A DNA stretch of 64,000 nt. Origin: Sedimentisphaerales bacterium. Its GTDB lineage: Bacteria > Planctomycetota > Phycisphaerae > Sedimentisphaerales > UBA12454. The position numbers and the translations under genes were made by a program. The notes under the pieces are model-generated. The model was not told where the DNA came from. It saw nothing but the letters and a program-made list of their open reading frames with translations, and did not search any database. The DNA is taken from contig JBEKEA010000007.1 of NCBI GenBank assembly GCA_050014075.1, forward strand, positions 4,119 through 68,118, written 5' to 3'. This document shows, piece after piece, positions 32,014-41,588 of this stretch. The stretch's first letter is position 1, and each line of letters starts with the position of its first letter.

Positions 32014-32883
32014 ATGGAATATATACTGCATATTTTGGTTATAACAGGCATTTACATTATTCTGACGCTCAGTTTAAATCTGCTTGTCGGCTATACGGGC
32101 TTGGCGGCATTGGGACATGCAGCGTTTTCCTGTGTTGGAGCGTATGCTTCTGCGCTGCTGGCTTTAAATTATGGGGTATCGCCTTGGCTAGGCTTGCTTA
32201 TTGGTGCTATTGTCGCAGCCGTTTTAGGTGCGTTTATTGGTGTTCCATCTCTGCGTCTGAAAGGCGACTATCTTGCTATTGCGACTTTCGGTTTTGGCGT
32301 GATTGTATATTCCGTTGCTAAAAACTGGGTATCGGTTACTCGCGGCCCGATGGGCCTGCCGGGGATACCGGCCTTTTCAATCTTCGGCATTCAGTTATCC
32401 CAGGTTTGGCAGTATCTGGTTCTTGTCGCTGTTTTTGTCTTTATAACATATTTTGTGATAAACAGAATAGTCAGCTCGCCTTTTGGCAGAGTGCTAAGAG
32501 GCATTCGTGAAGATGAAATTGCTGCTCTTGCTATGGGCAAGAACATAAACAAATACAAGATTATAGTTTTCATCGTTGGTGCTTTTTTCGCAGGCATCGC
32601 AGGAAGTCTTTACGCCCATTATATCACTTTCATAGACCCATCGAGTTTTACCGTAATGGAGTCGATAACGATTCTCCTGATGGTTGTCTTTGGCGGAATG
32701 GGAAGTTTAGGCGGCTCTTTTGTAGGGGCTGCCGTTCTTGTTATATTTCCGGAGATGCTGCGGTTTCTGGGTATGCCCAGTTCGGTAGCAGCACCGCTGC
32801 GGCAAATGATTTATGGTTTATTATTGATTATCCTGATGCTGAAAAGGCCGCAGGGTATTCTTGGAACATATCGGTGGAAATAA
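32014..32883 (+). CDS. livM: Branched-chain amino acid ABC transporter permease
   Basis: 289 aa, polytopic, LivM-like (GYTGLAALGHAAF, LRGIREDEIAALAMG). Confidence 0.85.
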   Translation: MEYILHILVITGIYIILTLSLNLLVGYTGLAALGHAAFSCVGAYASALLALNYGVSPWLGLLIGAIVAAVLGAFIGVPSLRLKGDYLAIATFGFGVIVYSVAKNWVSVTRGPMGLPGIPAFSIFGIQLSQVWQYLVLVAVFVFITYFVINRIVSSPFGRVLRGIREDEIAALAMGKNINKYKIIVFIVGAFFAGIAGSLYAHYITFIDPSSFTVMESITILLMVVFGGMGSLGGSFVGAAVLVIFPEMLRFLGMPSSVAAPLRQMIYGLLLIILMLKRPQGILGTYRWK

Positions 32884-32886
32884 GAA

Positions 32887-33672
32887 ATGCCTGACAACAC
32901 AAACATATTTTCCGCTGCGGGACTGAGCAAAGAATTTGACGGCGTTAAAGCTCTTGACAATGTTTCTTTTGAATTAAAAAAAGGCAGTATTACCGCTTTG
33001 ATAGGTCCCAACGGCGCAGGTAAAACGACTTTGTTTAACGTTGTTACAGGTTTTCTCCGCCCTAGTGACGGCAAATTCTCTTTTGATGAAAAGGACATTA
33101 CTTCTCTTAGTCCCTGGAAAATCGCACAAATTGGAATCGGCAGAACTTTTCAGAACATCAGGCTCTTTCCTCAAATGACAGTTCTGGAAAATGTTATGCT
33201 TGCGTTGAAATACGATAAGGGTGAAAGTTTAGCAGGTGCCCTGCTGCAAAGTAAAGCATTGAAAAAAGAAGATAAAGAAAATACCGAGCACGCCCTTGAA
33301 CATTTACGAGAAGTCGACCTGCTCGAAAAAAAAGATGAATTGGCTGAAAACCTTTCACACGGCCAAAGACGGCTGCTTGAAATTGCCAGAGCTTTGGCTT
33401 TGGAGCCGCAGCTTTTGCTTTTTGATGAGCCGACAGCCGGTCTTTTTCCGGGAATGGTTCCTAAAATGAAACAAATCATTTGTCAGCTTGGCCGGTCAGG
33501 CAAAACTATTCTTTTTATCGAACATAATATGAAAACCGTTATGGACCTTGCTGAAAGAATTATTGTTCTCAATTACGGCAAAAAAATAGCTGAAGGTACA
33601 CCCGAACAGATTCAACAGAATGAAGTAGTCATCGAAGCCTATCTGGGCAGGAGAAGAAAAATTGCTACTTGA
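32887..33672 (+). CDS. livG: Branched-chain amino acid ABC transporter ATP-binding protein
   Basis: Walker [10 protein letters not shown], signature [15 protein letters not shown], Walker B LLLFDEP. Confidence 0.9.
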   Translation: MPDNTNIFSAAGLSKEFDGVKALDNVSFELKKGSITALIGPNGAGKTTLFNVVTGFLRPSDGKFSFDEKDITSLSPWKIAQIGIGRTFQNIRLFPQMTVLENVMLALKYDKGESLAGALLQSKALKKEDKENTEHALEHLREVDLLEKKDELAENLSHGQRRLLEIARALALEPQLLLFDEPTAGLFPGMVPKMKQIICQLGRSGKTILFIEHNMKTVMDLAERIIVLNYGKKIAEGTPEQIQQNEVVIEAYLGRRRKIAT

Positions 33673-34384
33673 GGTAAAAAACCTGACGGTTCGATACGGC
33701 ACTGTAGTGGCCTTGAAGGAAGTCTCCTTTACGGTGAATGAAGGAGAAATTGTTGCTATGATTGGCCCTAATGGAGCAGGTAAATCTACATCTCTTAAGG
33801 CTGTTGCTGGTCTATTGGAGTCTACAGGTGGCACTATTGGAAGTGGAGAAATACTATTTAATGGTAGAAACATCAAGGGTCTAAGAACCGATCAACTCGT
33901 TGCGGAAGGTATATCCTTAGTTCCGGAAGGCAGGCGTGTATTTCCAACAATGACGGTGCTAGAAAATATTCAAATGGGAGCTTTTCAGCGCAGAGACAAG
34001 GCATCGATTAATAAAGATATTGATTTAGTTTTCTCACTTTTTCCTAAGCTTAAGGAAAGAATTAAGCAAAAGGCTGGTACTCTTTCCACCGGCGAGCAGC
34101 AAATGTTGGCTATAGGCAGGTCATTAATGTTAAAGCCAAAGTTATTATTGGCTGATGAGCCTTCTTTGGGTCTGTCTCCCAATTTTGCGGAATTAATTTT
34201 TGATAAGCTTGTGGAAATCAATAAAAATGGCACGAGTATATTGTTAGTGGAACAAAACGCTGTTGAAGCCCTGACGATTGCCCACCGAGCTTATGTTTTC
34301 AATATAGGCGAAATCAAACTGAACGACACAGGCCAAAATCTGTTGAATAATATAGAGGTCAAGAAAGCTTTCTTGGGTGGTTAA
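33662..34384 (+). CDS. livF: Branched-chain amino acid ABC transporter ATP-binding protein
   Basis: Walker [10 protein letters not shown], signature [15 protein letters not shown], Walker B LLLADEP. Confidence 0.9.
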   Translation: MLLEVKNLTVRYGTVVALKEVSFTVNEGEIVAMIGPNGAGKSTSLKAVAGLLESTGGTIGSGEILFNGRNIKGLRTDQLVAEGISLVPEGRRVFPTMTVLENIQMGAFQRRDKASINKDIDLVFSLFPKLKERIKQKAGTLSTGEQQMLAIGRSLMLKPKLLLADEPSLGLSPNFAELIFDKLVEINKNGTSILLVEQNAVEALTIAHRAYVFNIGEIKLNDTGQNLLNNIEVKKAFLGG

Positions 34385-34686
34385 TTTTTCGTGTCTTGGT
34401 GCCTTAATGGCTATGAAAAAAACATCAAAATCATGTAAAAACAGGGCAAATTTATGCAAAACTTGTCCGCCTCAGGCGTGATTCGTTCAAATTTATTCAA
34501 ATCTTTCAAAATTTTTCAAAATCTTTACTAAAACTTGTCCCCACAACGACTTGCAATCGAAATTTTTAAAAAACCTCACGCAAATAAAGGACTTATGGCA
34601 AGCTCATTTTTACATTTTTTCAACGCAAAATAAGGACTTGCGTCAATTTCTCACTCTGAAAACAAACGACTTACGGCGTTTTAGCA

Positions 34687-34755
34687 ATAAAAATAATCCG
34701 CCGCAGGCGTCCCTCAAATCTTCAATCTTCATTCTACAATCTTCAATCTTAAATT
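34687..34755. repeat. Dispersed intergenic repeat: ataaaaataat + cgcc-gca-ggcg hairpin + caaatcttcaatctt simple-sequence tail (copy 1)
   Basis: It aligns by eye with 60366..60432 (ataaaaataatYYgccgcaggc...caaatcttcaatctt). Confidence 0.75.
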
Positions 34756-34842
34756 ATTCCCCCATTTTTTGGCTCCAATGACTCTCAACTATCAACCAGC
34801 AACTATCGACTAATATTCCATAACTAATTGTAATAGATGGAC

Positions 34843-36849
34843 TTACAATACGTTTACTAATTCTACTCTAACCGGCATAATAATGAATGGAATTCCCTGC
34901 TGGTAGAATTTTCTTTGCACAGCAAAGGTTGTGTAGTTATGCAGTAGTCTGCTGAAAAAAGTATCTTTTGGAAATACCATTTGTCCGCCGAAGAACACCG
35001 CATTGGGATATTTTTCCAGTACTTTTTTCGCCGTTTCGCAAATCTCCTCTACCGCATCAGTTCCAATCGCTGAAATTCCTTCTGCGTAAAATCCCTGGCT
35101 TTGCATTAATTTTACATATTTATCTAACTCATGGCTGACATACTGCTTAAGTTTTTCTATTTCCTCAGTCCCCTTAAAATTAGCTGCATCTATTGTGCCG
35201 ACCTGGACAAAAACATAATTTTTAAAACTGCCGCCAAATATATGAGGAATATTAAAAAGAGTATGAAGTCCCAGTCCGTTGTATCCGCCGACAAGAAGAA
35301 CCGCTGTTTTTGCGTCCGGGTCCATCTTCGGTAAAACAGTTCTATCAGGAACGGTTCTGGAATGTATCCTCTCGGCAGCATCCACAAGTTCATTAAGTCG
35401 TTTGAGCGGCAAAAGTGATTGAGTATAAGCACGTTTAATATATATCGCCAAAATTATCAGTGAGCCGGTAATAATGATGGTTATCCAGCCGCCTTCGAAA
35501 AATTTAATTACGACAACCGAAACAAGAATAAAAGCCGTAAGCGTCAGACCGACGCCGTTAACGAAGGCTTTTTTGAGCCAGTGTTTGTATTCCTTTCTTA
35601 CAAGCCACCAGTGACAGACCATTCCGAGTTGCGACAGTAAAAATGTGATGAACACGTTAATACTGTAGAGCACCACCATAAATTTTACCGAGCCGTGAGT
35701 AAATACCATTAATATCGAAGCCGCTCCACCCATAAGCAATACGCCGTTTTGAGTTACAAAACGGTCGCTCAAAATCGCAAACCTCGACGGAAACCACCTG
35801 TCGATAGCCATATTAGACAATACACGCGGCCCATCAATAAAACCTGTCTGTGCGGCGACAAAAAGGAGAACAGCTTCAGAAATTAACGTAACCAGCACAA
35901 AAATATAACCGGTGTGCCTGTTCCAGTTGGCGGTAATACTTTCCAAAAGAACAGCGTTTAATGTCTTTCCCGGCTGATGCTGAACCCTGAAAAACAAATA
36001 TCCGAGCATTAATCCCACGACCATAAACGCAAGAGAACCGGCCATATAATGCATCGTTCGTTTGGCGGTCTGGACTTTGGGCTCTCTTAGCACCGGAATA
36101 CCATTGCTTACCGCCTCAATACCGGTATATGTTCCGGCACCCATACTGTAGGCACGCATAATAAGAACCAACGTTCCGAATATACCAATTTCGCTGCTGG
36201 ATTGCTGGACATCTGATATTGTAGCACTTGCAACAGCTCCAAAATCATGGAAGTGAACCACGAAAGTGTAAATAATAGCGAAAACATGGGTAGCCAGAAA
36301 AATAAGGAAAATAGGAATAAGCGGAAGAACAGATTCTTTAACACCCCGCATATTCAATACAATAAGTATTAATAGGACGGCCACAGCACAAGGAAGTTTG
36401 ATTGTCCCCCAGCCCGGCGGCAAAAAGCTGAAAAGAGCGTCAGCACCGCTGGCAACAGACAGCGTGATAGTAAGTACATAATCGACCAGCAGCGCACAGC
36501 CGGAAACCATACCCACAGAGGGCGAGAGCAGTTTGCTTGCAACTAAATATCCGCCGCCGCCGGCAGGAAACAACTCAATAATTTGCGAATAGCTTGAACT
36601 GATGACAAAAATAGTGATAGCCGTTGCAAGAGCGACAAAAATACCCAAAAATATATGACCCTTAAGAGCAAGGAAAGCCTCTTCAGGGCCATAACAGGAT
36701 GAAGTAAGTCCATCGGCTCCCAGCCCGACCCATGCGAAAAAAACGACAAGCGAAAGTTTGTGGAACAGCTGCGGGTCTTCGTGGCTTCGGGCATGGCCGA
36801 TGACCAGATTCTTGGTCTTCTGATAAAATGTTTCAGGTTCGCCGTTCAT
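34843..36849 (-). CDS. APC-superfamily permease with a ~200-aa cytoplasmic C-terminal domain
   Basis: 668 aa with ~12-14 TM helices and an amino-acid/polyamine/organocation-like N-terminus. Substrate unknown. Confidence 0.6.
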   Translation of the reverse strand: MNGEPETFYQKTKNLVIGHARSHEDPQLFHKLSLVVFFAWVGLGADGLTSSCYGPEEAFLALKGHIFLGIFVALATAITIFVISSSYSQIIELFPAGGGGYLVASKLLSPSVGMVSGCALLVDYVLTITLSVASGADALFSFLPPGWGTIKLPCAVAVLLILIVLNMRGVKESVLPLIPIFLIFLATHVFAIIYTFVVHFHDFGAVASATISDVQQSSSEIGIFGTLVLIMRAYSMGAGTYTGIEAVSNGIPVLREPKVQTAKRTMHYMAGSLAFMVVGLMLGYLFFRVQHQPGKTLNAVLLESITANWNRHTGYIFVLVTLISEAVLLFVAAQTGFIDGPRVLSNMAIDRWFPSRFAILSDRFVTQNGVLLMGGAASILMVFTHGSVKFMVVLYSINVFITFLLSQLGMVCHWWLVRKEYKHWLKKAFVNGVGLTLTAFILVSVVVIKFFEGGWITIIITGSLIILAIYIKRAYTQSLLPLKRLNELVDAAERIHSRTVPDRTVLPKMDPDAKTAVLLVGGYNGLGLHTLFNIPHIFGGSFKNYVFVQVGTIDAANFKGTEEIEKLKQYVSHELDKYVKLMQSQGFYAEGISAIGTDAVEEICETAKKVLEKYPNAVFFGGQMVFPKDTFFSRLLHNYTTFAVQRKFYQQGIPFIIMPVRVELVNVL

Positions 36850-37020
36850 TTCCGCAGGCCTTTTATATGTCCTTGGTCAGTCGTTTTTACTCTTAAAGAT
36901 TAAACGTAAGATGTTAGTAAATATTAAGATAAAGTGCAAATAAATTCTCTTCTAACCTGACGTGCTGACGACTAACAATAACCTCTACATTTGCCTGGGA
37001 TTTTTGTGAAAATGTTTAGC

Positions 37021-40000
37021 TTACTCCGCTGAGCCTTGTTTCATTTCGTAACGCCATTTCCAGATAGCGTAAAGCGGCGGATAAACAAGCAATTCGAGAA
37101 TAAAGCTGGTAATCAGGCCGCCTATCATAGGAGCGGCAATGCGTTTCATCACATCGGCGCCTGTGCCCATCGACCACATAATCGGAATCAGACCCATAAA
37201 CATAGCCATAACCGTCATCATTTTTGGTCGAATACGTTTGACGGCGCCGTGAATGATAGCTTCTTTGAGGTCGGCAAAAGTTTTCATTTTGCCTCGTGCG
37301 ACCATATCATTATATGACAGGTCGAGAAAGAGCAGCATAAAAACGCCGGTCTCGGCATCGAGTCCCATCAGTGCAATCATCCCGACCCATACCGCGATAG
37401 AAATATTGTAATTGAGAAAATAAAGCAGCCAAATCGCGCCAATCAGAGAAAACGGCACCGCAAGCAGTATGATGCAGGTTTTGACGGCGCTTTTGGTATT
37501 CATATAAAGCAGAATAAAAATAATCAGCAATGTCAGCGGAATAATGACTTTCAGTCGTTGTTTTACGCGAATCATATTTTCAAATTGGCCGCTCCATTGC
37601 AGAGAATAGCCGGCCGGCAATTGCAATTTCTGCTGTATCGCGTTTTTCGCGCGGGCGACGAACCCGCCGATATCCGAATCGGCAGTATCGACATAAACAT
37701 AACCGGCCAGCATTCCATTCTCGTCGCGAATCATCGATGGGCCAAGCGTTACATTTATATCAGCCAGTTGCGCCAGTGGAATCTGCGCTCCGGACATTGT
37801 CGGAACAAGAACCCGCTGAAGTTTTTCAATATCGTCCCGAAAATCCCTGGCGTATCGCACATTTACACTATATCGCTCAGTTCCCTCAATAGTGGTCGTA
37901 ACAGTTTCGCCGCCGATAGCGGACATTATTATTTCCTGGGCATTCTGAATAGACAGGCCGTAGCGGGCAAGTTCCAGTCGCTTAAGAGTAAAGTCCACAA
38001 AATATCCGCCGGAAACACGTTCGGCATAAGCGCTTCGCGTGCCGCGCAGAGGTTTGACAATTTGCTCAATCTGAATACCGATTTTTTCTATTTTGTTAAG
38101 GTCAGGGCCGTAAACCTTTATGCCTACAGGAGTTCTAACACCTGTCGAGAGCATATCGATTCTGGCCTTGATTGGCATTGTCCATGCGTTTGTCGTGCCG
38201 GGGATTTGCATTTTCTGATTCATCTCATCGATGAGCTTTTCCCACGTTAAGCCTGCTCGCCAGTATTTTTTATCCTTTAGAACAACTGTTGTCTCCATCA
38301 TTGAAAATGGAGCAGGGTCTGTCGATGTTCCGGCGCGGCCGGCCTTGCCGAAAACACGTTCGACTTCGGGAAAAGACATTAATATTTTGTCTTGAGTTTG
38401 CAAAAGTTTCGCTGCCTCGGTTACAGATATGCCCGGCAGTGTCGTCGGCATATACAAAATCGTGCCTTCGTTGAGCGGCGGCATAAATTCAGAACCCAGT
38501 TTAAAATAAACCGGAACGGTTAGAACCAAAAGAATAAGAGCTGATATGATTGTTGCTTTTCGGTGTTCGAGAACGAAATTGCAGGCCGGCTCATAAATCG
38601 CGAACAGAATTTTGCTTACCGGGTGCTTTTCTTCCGGATAATATTTCCCGACCGTTATGGAATTATATAAATCTGACAGCCATTTCGGTTTGAAATGACG
38701 GTAATCCATTCGGGTAAACAGCATTCGTATAGCAGGGTCGAGCGTAATAGCGAGAATCGCGGCGATGGCCATCGCAAGGTTTTTGCTGTAGGCCAGAGGT
38801 TTGAACAACCTGCCTTCCTGGTCAACAAGAGTAAATACCGGCAGAAACGCCACCGCGATAACTAATAGCGAAAAGAAAACAGATGGCCCGACTTCCTTTA
38901 AGGCGTTAAGCCGAATCTGATGAAAATCTCCTATCCGGCCGCCGGTGTCCCAAAGCTGCAATTTTTTATAGGCGTTTTCAACCTCGACGATTGCACCATC
39001 AACAAGAACGCCGATTGAAATCGCGATGCCTGAAAGCGACATAATATTCGAGGTAAGTTTTATGCCGTACATAGGAATAAAAGACAGAACGACGGCGATT
39101 GGAATTGTTACTATGGGAATAATTGCGGAGGGGAAATGCCACAAAAACAGCAGAATAACCAAACTGACGATAATCATTTCTTCGATAAGCTGATGTTTGA
39201 GAGTATCGATAGCGCGATTAATAAGTTCTGAGCGGTCGTATGTAGTAACGACTTCAACACCTTTAGGCAATGATGGTTTTATTTCTTCGATTTTGGCTTT
39301 CACCCGTTCAATCAGGTTAAGAGCGTTTTCTCCCTGCCGCATAATAATGATGCCGCCGACAGCATCGCCCTGGCCGTCCAAATCAGCGACTCCTCTCCTT
39401 ATATCCGGCCCAAGAATCACGCTGGCGACATTTTTAATAAGGATAGGAATGCCGGATTCATTTACTCCTATGACGGTATTTTCAAGGTCCTGCGGAGATT
39501 TGATGTAACCTTTTGCGCAAATCATATATTCGGTGCCGGACATTTCGAGCAGACGGGCGCCGACTTCATTGTTGCTTTGCCTTACGGCATCAACAACTTT
39601 TGTAAGAGGTATTTTATAAGCCAGCAGCGCATTTGGATTGATGTTTACCTGATATTGTTTCTGGAATCCGCCGACAGTCGCGACTTCGGCAACGCCCGGA
39701 ACACTTTGAAGCCAATATCGAAGATACCAGTCCTGAAAACTGCGAAGGTCGGCAAGACTATTATTGCCGGTTTTATCGACAAGTGCATATTGATAAACCC
39801 AGCCGACACTTGTAGCATCCGGCCCCATTTCAGTTTCAACGCCCTGCGGCAGCTTAGAAAGAATTTTGCTCAGATATTCGAGCGTTCTGCTTCTTGCCCA
39901 GTAAATATCGGTGCCGTCCTGAAAGATAACGTAAACATAAGAGAATCCGAAATCTGAAAAGCCGCGAATTGCTTTGACTTTAGGGGCGCCCAGCATCGCA

Positions 40001-40215
40001 GTAACGATTGGATATGTAACCTGCGACTCTATAATGTCCGGACTGCGGTCCCATTTTGAATAGATAATGACCTGCGTATCGGACAAATCGGGAATCGCGT
40101 CCAGTGGCATATTTTTTATACAGTAAACAGCGCCGACTATTGCCGCTATCGCGAAAAATATGACGATAAATTTGTTCCGTGCAGAGAATTCTATTATTTT
40201 GCCTATCATCAGCAA
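37021..40215 (-). CDS. cusA: Heavy-metal efflux RND pump, CusA family (Cu/Ag)
   Basis: 1064 aa. The N-terminus AIPDLSDTQVIIYSKW is CusA-like. It is clustered with an adaptor carrying a metal-binding domain and an outer membrane factor. Confidence 0.88.
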   Translation of the reverse strand: MLMIGKIIEFSARNKFIVIFFAIAAIVGAVYCIKNMPLDAIPDLSDTQVIIYSKWDRSPDIIESQVTYPIVTAMLGAPKVKAIRGFSDFGFSYVYVIFQDGTDIYWARSRTLEYLSKILSKLPQGVETEMGPDATSVGWVYQYALVDKTGNNSLADLRSFQDWYLRYWLQSVPGVAEVATVGGFQKQYQVNINPNALLAYKIPLTKVVDAVRQSNNEVGARLLEMSGTEYMICAKGYIKSPQDLENTVIGVNESGIPILIKNVASVILGPDIRRGVADLDGQGDAVGGIIIMRQGENALNLIERVKAKIEEIKPSLPKGVEVVTTYDRSELINRAIDTLKHQLIEEMIIVSLVILLFLWHFPSAIIPIVTIPIAVVLSFIPMYGIKLTSNIMSLSGIAISIGVLVDGAIVEVENAYKKLQLWDTGGRIGDFHQIRLNALKEVGPSVFFSLLVIAVAFLPVFTLVDQEGRLFKPLAYSKNLAMAIAAILAITLDPAIRMLFTRMDYRHFKPKWLSDLYNSITVGKYYPEEKHPVSKILFAIYEPACNFVLEHRKATIISALILLVLTVPVYFKLGSEFMPPLNEGTILYMPTTLPGISVTEAAKLLQTQDKILMSFPEVERVFGKAGRAGTSTDPAPFSMMETTVVLKDKKYWRAGLTWEKLIDEMNQKMQIPGTTNAWTMPIKARIDMLSTGVRTPVGIKVYGPDLNKIEKIGIQIEQIVKPLRGTRSAYAERVSGGYFVDFTLKRLELARYGLSIQNAQEIIMSAIGGETVTTTIEGTERYSVNVRYARDFRDDIEKLQRVLVPTMSGAQIPLAQLADINVTLGPSMIRDENGMLAGYVYVDTADSDIGGFVARAKNAIQQKLQLPAGYSLQWSGQFENMIRVKQRLKVIIPLTLLIIFILLYMNTKSAVKTCIILLAVPFSLIGAIWLLYFLNYNISIAVWVGMIALMGLDAETGVFMLLFLDLSYNDMVARGKMKTFADLKEAIIHGAVKRIRPKMMTVMAMFMGLIPIMWSMGTGADVMKRIAAPMIGGLITSFILELLVYPPLYAIWKWRYEMKQGSAE

Positions 40216-40222
40216 TTCCTTT

Positions 40223-41266
40223 TTACTGATTTTGCGTCAGCACCGCGTTAAGCTTCGATTCGGAATCGACCAGAAAGTTGCCTGAAGTAACAACGGTCTG
40301 ATTTTCAGTCAGGCCCTGCAGAACTTCATAATATCCCTGCACCTTTGGCCCTAATTTAACTTCTCGTGACTCGAAATAGCCGTTCGGCTCAGCGATAAAT
40401 ACAATTTTTTTGGTGCCGCTGTCCATAACTGCCTCATTCGGCACAGCGAGTTTTTCGCCGAGGTCGTATATTATTTTCGCATCGACATACATCTCAGGTT
40501 TAAGTTTATTTTCAGGGTCCTTTACAAGAACTCTGACTTTAAGAGTTCGTGCGGTTCTGTCGAAAATCGGGGCGACAGAAACAACAATACCCTCAAAAAC
40601 CTCGCCGGGATAGGCGGCAGTTTCAATTTGAACGGCCTGAGTCTCTTTAACAAGAGCCATTTCATATTCATAGATAGTTATGTAAACCCAGACCTTCCCA
40701 TTTTCAGGAAGGTACAGGTATTGCTGCGGCTGGCCTTTCTTTTCGAGTTCCGCGATTTCCGTATTGCTCATTCCGAGAAGGAGAAGTTTGCGTTTCGTAG
40801 CGTTAACAAGCGGGTTCAATTGTTCGTCGGTATATTTAAGACTGCTCGACTGCATAGTTTGCCGCGTCTGGATGGATTGGAGATATTCCTGCTGAGCGAC
40901 AAACAAATCCGGGTCGTAAGCGACGATACCGACAGTCAAAACCTGGCCGGTCAAACGACGCTTTTCGATTTTTTCCGTTTTAACGCCGATTAACTGCTGT
41001 TTTTCAGAGTTAATATAAACACCCGCGGTTGTTTGAGTTTTTATGTCGGCAGCAGGCTGATTGGCGGAAGTTTGCCTTTTAACAAGACTCATACCGCAAA
41101 TTGGGCACTCGCCCGGCTTATCGGAAGTATAATTCGGATGCATCGGGCAATAGTAATCTTTAGTTCCGCTTGTGGAGGAGGATTGCCCGGCCGGCCGCAT
41201 AATAATAAATCCCAGTATGATTACTATTATGACCGCAGCAGCTATGAAAACTTTTTTGTTCTTCAT
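40223..41266 (-). CDS. cusB: Efflux RND periplasmic adaptor (CusB-like) with an N-terminal heavy-metal-binding domain
   Basis: YYCPMHPNYTSDKPGECPICGMSLV Cys-rich domain followed by a membrane-fusion-protein barrel-sandwich/beta-barrel region. Confidence 0.85.
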   Translation of the reverse strand: MKNKKVFIAAAVIIVIILGFIIMRPAGQSSSTSGTKDYYCPMHPNYTSDKPGECPICGMSLVKRQTSANQPAADIKTQTTAGVYINSEKQQLIGVKTEKIEKRRLTGQVLTVGIVAYDPDLFVAQQEYLQSIQTRQTMQSSSLKYTDEQLNPLVNATKRKLLLLGMSNTEIAELEKKGQPQQYLYLPENGKVWVYITIYEYEMALVKETQAVQIETAAYPGEVFEGIVVSVAPIFDRTARTLKVRVLVKDPENKLKPEMYVDAKIIYDLGEKLAVPNEAVMDSGTKKIVFIAEPNGYFESREVKLGPKVQGYYEVLQGLTENQTVVTSGNFLVDSESKLNAVLTQNQ

Positions 41267-41288
41267 AATTATACTCTTTCAGCTTTTG

Positions 41289-41588
41289 CTATTTTGCGAA
41301 TTGAGGCAGTTTACTTAGGTATTTTTCCGGATTTTTCTCGAATTCAGCTTTGCATTGTGTGCAGCAGAAGTAAACTTTTTTCCCCTTGTATTCGACGAAT
41401 ACATTTTTGTCTATCGGATTACCCGTCATAACCGGACAAATCGTCTGTTCCGCAGAAGCTGCAGGTTGAGTCTGAGTAACAGAGTTAGCGGCCGGCGAAG
41501 ACGTCGGTGGCGGCGAAGATTGCTTTTTGCAGCCATTCACAAAAAATAATACGGTAATCATAAAAACTGCTGATAAAATTGTTCTCAT
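41289..41588 (-). CDS. YHS-domain lipoprotein (putative periplasmic metal-binding protein)
   Basis: Lipobox FVNGC. YHS/TRASH pattern CPVMTGNPIDKNVFVEYKGKKVYFCCTQCKAEFEKNPEKY. Confidence 0.8.
   Translation of the reverse strand: MRTILSAVFMITVLFFVNGCKKQSSPPPTSSPAANSVTQTQPAASAEQTICPVMTGNPIDKNVFVEYKGKKVYFCCTQCKAEFEKNPEKYLSKLPQFAK

Noticed and set aside
34700-34760. Possible CRISPR array suggested by recurring aatcttcaat units here and at 60393..60432
   Set aside because: The units are ~7-10 bp, degenerate and contiguous, with no unique spacers of 25-40 bp. No cas genes are in the window.
34551-34781. 76-aa ORF in the livF/APC spacer
   Set aside because: It is composed of low-complexity peptide (SSIFILQSSILN) read from the aatcttcaat simple repeat. 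It has no start context.
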